Assembly (NCBI GenBank): GCA_048886185.1
Contig: JBHLKY010000002.1
Coordinates: 120,001 to 152,000 of the forward strand
Direction: 5' to 3'
DNA length: 32,000 bases
Source: Candidatus Hermodarchaeota archaeon
GTDB lineage: Archaea > Asgardarchaeota > Heimdallarchaeia > Hodarchaeales > Hodarchaeaceae
Positions 27,112 through 32,000 of the stretch are shown piece by piece. The first letter of the stretch is position 1, and the number at the start of each line of letters is the position of its first letter. A model generated the notes under the pieces. That model saw only the letters and a program-made list of their open reading frames with translations, was not told where the DNA came from and made no database searches. Made by a program: the position numbers and the translations under genes.

Positions 27112-27228
27112 ATGCCCCGAAAAGGAAAGGGAGTCAGACGTATTCTTCGTGAAGAAAAACGATTTAGAGAGAAAAAAAAGCAGGGAGATAAATCCTGGCG
27201 ATTTAAATCAAAGAAGGAAAAAGATTAA
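27112..27228 (+). CDS. Unannotated 38-aa highly basic micro-protein
   Basis: AAGGAGAGGT RBS. MPRKGKGVRRILREEKRFREKKKQGDKSWRFKSKKEKD* has 18 K/R out of 38. Confidence 0.7.
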   Translation: MPRKGKGVRRILREEKRFREKKKQGDKSWRFKSKKEKD

Positions 27229-27261
27229 CTCTCTTCATTCAAACAATTTTTGTGAGTGAGA

Positions 27262-27969
27262 ATGCGTTTAGATGAATGGCTTTTTCAGAAACAGGGACTT
27301 TTACCTTCCAAGTCGAAAGCTATTCAATTTATCCGTGAGATTGGTGTAGAAATTAATGGTAAGTTAGTACAAAAACCTGGATATCGAGTAAAGGATACTG
27401 ATCTGTTAGATATTGAGAGTTCTTCTTTAGAAAATTACAAGAAACCTTTTGGTTATCGTAAATTCAAGTTCTTAACTTCAAAAACTTCAATTCCCTTTAG
27501 CATCAAAGATAAGTGCTTAGATATTGGCGCCAGTGCTGGTGGATTCTCTCTTTATATGTTAGAACAAGGAGTAGAATCTGTGTTAGCGATTGAAATCTCT
27601 TCTCGTTTCCAGCCCTTTTTAGAAGAGATAAGAAAGCAATATCCTGATAAATTTTCATATTGGATAGAGGATTTTTTTAAATTAACTCTTAACAGATTTC
27701 CTCATCTTTTTAATCTTGTCACAGCGGATTTAACTTTGGATCCTTATTTTCTAGTAAGAAATCTAGATTTGTTTGTCTCAATCTTAGAGCCATCAACAAT
27801 TCAAGCACGACTTCTATTAACAATTAAAACAGGAAATATCACCTCTACAAATAATATAATGAATCAAGTTGAGGAATTAATCAACCAGATATCTTCAGAT
27901 TTGACTTACCAGTGGTTAGAATCGCTACCCGATAAACAAGAACTTTTTCTACTTCTTTTAAAGCTTTAA
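27262..27969 (+). CDS. TlyA-like S4-domain plus FtsJ-type rRNA 2'-O-methyltransferase
   Basis: MRLDEWL...SKSKA...VEINGKLVQKPG (S4), CLDIGASAGGFS (SAM binding), and candidate K-D-K-E residues (YRK, ADL, TIK, QEL). ATG at 27262 is preferred over GTG at 27256. Confidence 0.85.
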   Translation: MRLDEWLFQKQGLLPSKSKAIQFIREIGVEINGKLVQKPGYRVKDTDLLDIESSSLENYKKPFGYRKFKFLTSKTSIPFSIKDKCLDIGASAGGFSLYMLEQGVESVLAIEISSRFQPFLEEIRKQYPDKFSYWIEDFFKLTLNRFPHLFNLVTADLTLDPYFLVRNLDLFVSILEPSTIQARLLLTIKTGNITSTNNIMNQVEELINQISSDLTYQWLESLPDKQELFLLLLKL

Positions 27970-28035
27970 TACTAAATCCAATAAATAATTGCCCTCTTGA
28001 AATTACTATTTCTGATAGCAAATTAGTTTGTACCC

Positions 28036-28590
28036 TTACCCTTTTCTTGGTTCCAATTTTGTTAATTCTCCAGTCAATGTGTTATAAATGTAACCCACTA
28101 CTTTCACTCCAGCTGGAGAAATAAGTGGATGCTCTTGAATGGATTTAACAGTCTGACGTATCTGAATTTCAACATCACTGAAGCCTAAAAATGCGTCAGA
28201 GGGATCCTCAGAGCCCAAAATACGCAAAACTTCCCTATCAGGTATTCCAGTTCTTTTAGATATCTTAGATAATAATCTAACCATCTGATCCTTAGTCATA
28301 TTCCCTCCACAGTCTGTATGACCGACAACTGCAATAAGATTTACATTTAAATCAAAAATAGCAATCAATAATGAACGGAGACTATCAAATGTCAGTAGAG
28401 CTCCTGCGGTTCGAATGATAATTGCTTCTCCTGGATCTTCAATCCCAAAAATACTGGACACAATTCGACAATCCATGCAGGAGAGGATGGCTACTCTCCA
28501 CTTAGGTTGAGTAGTTAATTCACTATAAGGAAAATAGAACTTGATATTTCTCCAAACCTTAAATTTTTCATCTAACTTATATACATCCAT
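28036..28590 (-). CDS. Beta-class carbonic anhydrase (clade D/Cab-like)
   Basis: Zn ligands LSCMDCR and GHTDCGG; IIRTAGA; GYIYNTLTGEL. Confidence 0.92.
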   Translation of the reverse strand: MDVYKLDEKFKVWRNIKFYFPYSELTTQPKWRVAILSCMDCRIVSSIFGIEDPGEAIIIRTAGALLTFDSLRSLLIAIFDLNVNLIAVVGHTDCGGNMTKDQMVRLLSKISKRTGIPDREVLRILGSEDPSDAFLGFSDVEIQIRQTVKSIQEHPLISPAGVKVVGYIYNTLTGELTKLEPRKG

Positions 28591-28724
28591 TTCTCATCAC
28601 AATTAAGGTTTTCATATAATATAGGGCATCGCTCCTATTTATGCGTGTGCATGAGGGAAATGAGAAAATATTTTCTGAAATTGATCCAGAATTTCTTGGT
28701 AGAAAAAGAAGAACTCACTTACTT

Positions 28725-30446
28725 TTATGGTTCAAATGTAATTATTGGTGGTAAAGTTAGTGTGGGGATTAACGATAAATCAATTTCGAAGGAAGCTGAT
28801 GGTAAAAATACTTCCCAATTCTCAAGTATTGCTGGGGATACTTCGCCAATTGTACCTACCTCTTTATTATCAATAATGATTTTTGCAGCTCTCCCTGAAA
28901 TGAATTCAGCTGAATCTATCGCCTCAAGTATATAAGTAGTCCCTAAACTCTGAATTAATGTTTCTAGAATGCTGTGGCAATACTCAAAAGATACATCAGC
29001 ACCAGTTAAAACGATTGCTGCCTTTGTAATAGTCTTAACAACATCATTCTCTATTTTAACAACTTCTCCAACTTCAAAAAGATATTGTGGATATTCATTG
29101 TGAGTATTTTGAGAGAGAAAGTCAAGTAATCCAGGAAACAGTCGATCCCTCATAATTGAATAGGTTAGACTCACTGGATTTGCAACTTGAACACAGGAGC
29201 TTAGAACTTCACTATCGTACCCCATTAATGTGGATAATTTTGTGGGATCAGTAAGACTAAAATTAAGGACTTCCTGTAGTGAGCAGCCAGTTAGTATTTC
29301 ACGAACATAATTCTCACTCTCAGTTCTAGGAGAAATTCCTCCTATTGTTGGCACTTTTGACTCCTCTGGATCAATATTCATATAATCATATGCAATTGCT
29401 ACTTCCTCTGCTACATCAACCCAATGTAATAAATCAACACGATAAGGAGGATATCTTACAATTAGTGATCCTTTTTTCTTGATAGCTTCAAATCTTCTCT
29501 TTCTCAGTAATTTGATGATGTCATCCACAGATAATTTGAGACCCAAATAATTTTGAATATCTTTAGGGTTTACTAATATTTCGAATGGTTCCGTTTCAGG
29601 GGTAACTAACGTTTCAGGGGCATCTCCATGATTCTTGGGGTAGTGAATCTCAACACTAAAAACTTTCCCTCCACGGTCTCTTAATGCTTGAGTAATTAAG
29701 GTATTGACAACTTTAACAACTTCAAGGTTTGTCCCTGTAACTTCTACCAAAACATCGGTTGTTTCTTCATTTACGCGTCCAACGTCGTTACTATTGATAA
29801 TAGGTGGCATAGAAAGAACAACCCCGTTAGCATCGCGCAGAATTGGTAGATCACCTTCTGAAGGTAAGATATGACCATATTCTATGCCTTTTTCGTGTCT
29901 TGTTAAGATTTCAGCTAAAGTCATTTCTTCATTGTATCCAAGAGGATAAAATGATGATGATCGTGGGGTGAGACCATAAAAAATTGGGCTTTTTAACTTA
30001 TGGACATTATAAATTCCAATAGATGAACGTCGGCGGCGCCGTCCATATGAAAAATCAACTTTCTCTTGTAATTGGATCAACTGTTTAATAAGAAAATCGG
30101 AAAACTTTACTCCTCTAATTAAAGAACAAGCTATGTAAGGACGAATGGATTTAATTTCAGGATCAACTTCTATTACAAAACCACTAGGTTCTGCAGAAAT
30201 CTCAGGTAATCCTTCTTGTAAACCTATTGCACCAGTAATCTCTCTAACAAGTCCTTCTACACCCCAGATGTCAGGTCGATTAGAAGTTTTACAGTCAACT
30301 TTTATGTAGCCCTCATCAGCTAAATCATGTTCTTCTATCTCAGATTTAGCAAAGCTAAAGAGATGATCTAATTCTTCGATCGAAGTATCATCGGGGAGAT
30401 TTAGTAATTCAATGACATCGAAATAAGAAATTTTGAAAGCAACCAT
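28725..30446 (-). CDS. pheT: Phenylalanyl-tRNA synthetase beta subunit (archaeal type)
   Basis: NRPDIWGVEG, RPYIAC, SMPPIINS, YRVDLLHWVDVAEEVAIAY and NPVSLTYSIMR motifs. The likely start is ATG at 30446 after GGTGA rather than 30485. Confidence 0.96.
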   Translation of the reverse strand: MVAFKISYFDVIELLNLPDDTSIEELDHLFSFAKSEIEEHDLADEGYIKVDCKTSNRPDIWGVEGLVREITGAIGLQEGLPEISAEPSGFVIEVDPEIKSIRPYIACSLIRGVKFSDFLIKQLIQLQEKVDFSYGRRRRRSSIGIYNVHKLKSPIFYGLTPRSSSFYPLGYNEEMTLAEILTRHEKGIEYGHILPSEGDLPILRDANGVVLSMPPIINSNDVGRVNEETTDVLVEVTGTNLEVVKVVNTLITQALRDRGGKVFSVEIHYPKNHGDAPETLVTPETEPFEILVNPKDIQNYLGLKLSVDDIIKLLRKRRFEAIKKKGSLIVRYPPYRVDLLHWVDVAEEVAIAYDYMNIDPEESKVPTIGGISPRTESENYVREILTGCSLQEVLNFSLTDPTKLSTLMGYDSEVLSSCVQVANPVSLTYSIMRDRLFPGLLDFLSQNTHNEYPQYLFEVGEVVKIENDVVKTITKAAIVLTGADVSFEYCHSILETLIQSLGTTYILEAIDSAEFISGRAAKIIIDNKEVGTIGEVSPAILENWEVFLPSASFEIDLSLIPTLTLPPIITFEP

Positions 30447-30457
30447 CTGTTTCACCT

Positions 30458-31951
30458 TTAGGTTAAAGGAACTGTGCGTAACCACTTCAGGTTATGCGTA
30501 AAGAGTTCACGAATATCGTTAATTCCTCGTTTTACCATATATAGACGATCTACTCCAAGACCCCAAGCAATAACAGGCTCAGAGATACCGAAAGGAGCTG
30601 TCACTTCTGGACGAAAGATCCCAGAACCACCAAATTCAATATACCCAAGGTCGGGATGATAAGCACTGAGCTCAGCAGAGGGGCTAGTAAACGGATAATA
30701 ATCAGGTTTGAATCGAACCTTTGTAGCTCCAGCAATTTCAACGGCAAAAGTTTTTAGAAGGCCTAGAAGGGTTCTAAAAGTAATAGAAGGATCACAGGAA
30801 ATACCTTCAAGCTGATTGAACTCAGATAAGTGAACCGCATCTACGGAATCAGGTCTATAACATCGAGCTATACAAAAGTATTTAGCTGGAATTTTAAGGT
30901 TGTATAATGTCCTAGCACTAACTGCTGTTCCCTGAGGTCTTAATATAAGCCTTGCAGCTTTTTGTGGATCCCATCTGTATCGCCAACCTCGTGAACCAAC
31001 AGGTTCACCTGTTTCATGAATATGCTGAACATTTTTCACTATATTCTGATCTTTGGGCAGGGTTCCATGAGTTGGATGTTTTAATGTATAAACATCAGAC
31101 CATTCCCGTGCAGAATGATCTTGGGCTTGAAATAATGCATCAAAATTCCAGAACTCACTCTCAACTAAAGGCCCTCTCATTTCAGTAAAGCCCAATCCCA
31201 CTAATTTTTGTTTCACCTCATCTAAGAACATGAGATAAGGATGTTTCCTGCCTATTGGGAATGTTTTGGGTCGACTAGTTATATTATAGCTTTTTAATTG
31301 AAGGTTTCGCCATTCTCCAGACCGTATTTGTTCTGGTGTCAAGCGTGATACAGGTTTAACAATTTGAATCGTGGATAAAGTTTTGGATCCAGTCTCAGTT
31401 ATTTTTATAATTGTCTGTTGACGTTCTTTTAATTCAATAAAACCTCTATTCGAAAGTGCTGTTAATTGTTCCTTGGAAACAGAAGATAAGGGATTTTTAG
31501 CCAATATTTCTAAAGTGCTTTCTAATTCTTGATTCATTCTGGTTACTGATTCAACAGGAATAAGAGTCCCTTTATCAATCCTAATAATTCCAGTGTTTCT
31601 TAAATTTCCAATTCCTGCATTAATTGCTTTCTTTGTTAAACTCAGAATAGAAGAAAGTTTAGTTATTGAAATTCCATTAGGGTTATTTTTCAATACATCT
31701 AAAATGAGATTCTCAGGTAATCCGTTTTTGAGTACGTTTTGACCTTCTTTTGTAACAACAGCACGAGCTATTGTTTTTACCTCTCTTTCTGCTAGATTTT
31801 CTTGGCTTAATCGGGAGGTTATTTGCTCTGCTTTAACATGAGGTATTCCGATATCTGCAGCCAATTCATCTATTGTCATTGAGCTATTTTTGTTTAAATG
31901 ACGTAATACTTTAGCCATCTCAGGTGTAACGTAGAGAGAATCTTTGTTCAA
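30458..31951 (-). CDS. pheS: Phenylalanyl-tRNA synthetase alpha subunit (long archaeal/eukaryal type)
   Basis: GRKHPY, ESEFWNFDALFQAQDHSAR, YRPDSVDAVHLSEFNQLEG, YYPFTSPS, EFGGSGIFRPE and WGLGVDRL motifs, with N-terminal winged-helix domains. Confidence 0.98.
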   Translation of the reverse strand: MNKDSLYVTPEMAKVLRHLNKNSSMTIDELAADIGIPHVKAEQITSRLSQENLAEREVKTIARAVVTKEGQNVLKNGLPENLILDVLKNNPNGISITKLSSILSLTKKAINAGIGNLRNTGIIRIDKGTLIPVESVTRMNQELESTLEILAKNPLSSVSKEQLTALSNRGFIELKERQQTIIKITETGSKTLSTIQIVKPVSRLTPEQIRSGEWRNLQLKSYNITSRPKTFPIGRKHPYLMFLDEVKQKLVGLGFTEMRGPLVESEFWNFDALFQAQDHSAREWSDVYTLKHPTHGTLPKDQNIVKNVQHIHETGEPVGSRGWRYRWDPQKAARLILRPQGTAVSARTLYNLKIPAKYFCIARCYRPDSVDAVHLSEFNQLEGISCDPSITFRTLLGLLKTFAVEIAGATKVRFKPDYYPFTSPSAELSAYHPDLGYIEFGGSGIFRPEVTAPFGISEPVIAWGLGVDRLYMVKRGINDIRELFTHNLKWLRTVPLT

Positions 31952-32000
31952 TGTATTAATAACTCCTTAATCTGAATGATAGTAATTCTATTCAGTTTGT

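Noticed and set aside
30446-30485. Apparent 28-nt pheS/pheT overlap
   Set aside because: It is an artefact of the longest-ORF start; the ATG at 30446 has a GGTGA RBS and removes the overlap.
269-31188. Remaining 60-130 aa track ORFs lying antisense or out of frame within larger genes (e.g. 269-463, 1819-2214, 3178-3405, 7361-7624, 9438-9668, 10498-10746, 19750-19974, 21807-21992, 23619-23918, 28645-28935, 30952-31188)
   Set aside because: They are nested in or largely overlap well-supported CDSs and have no motifs or RBS support.
1-32000. CRISPR arrays, tRNAs, rRNA, IS elements, integrases
   Set aside because: By eye I found no regularly spaced repeats, cloverleaf motifs, terminal inverted repeats with a transposase, or recombinase motifs. 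A tRNAscan/Infernal run would be the decisive check.

Overview
AT-rich archaeal chromosomal window, almost certainly from an Asgard archaeon. The evidence is a Lokiactin-type eukaryote-like actin at 14527-15669, archaeal GGTGA/GAGG ribosome-binding sites, U-tract terminators and archaeal-type PheS/PheT. A Heimdallarchaeia/Hodarchaeales origin is my guess and is not demonstrated. Most of the window is housekeeping or accessory metabolism: an MFS transporter, a B12-binding radical SAM enzyme, a TPR protein, MsrA, three winged-helix regulators, a PLDc_N/ABC exporter module, a CPBP protease, a DUF3592 protein, PDO and thioredoxin-like redox genes, a DUF1156 adenine methylase, TldD/PmbA, a TlyA-like methylase, a beta-carbonic anhydrase and PheRS. 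I see no CRISPR array, tRNA, rRNA or transposase. Five things are not explained by the ORF track. (1) A ~570-nt, mostly pyrimidine- and C-run-rich stretch ending in a structured, alternatively pairing element directly upstream of the actin gene. (2) Two unannotated, very basic micro-ORFs (44 and 38 aa) in front of the TlyA-like rRNA methylase. (3) A candidate uDENN/longin-like protein near actin. (4) Two genes that appear to need near-cognate start codons. (5) A DUF1156 methylase without its usual partner genes. All family calls come from motif recognition by eye; no searches were run.
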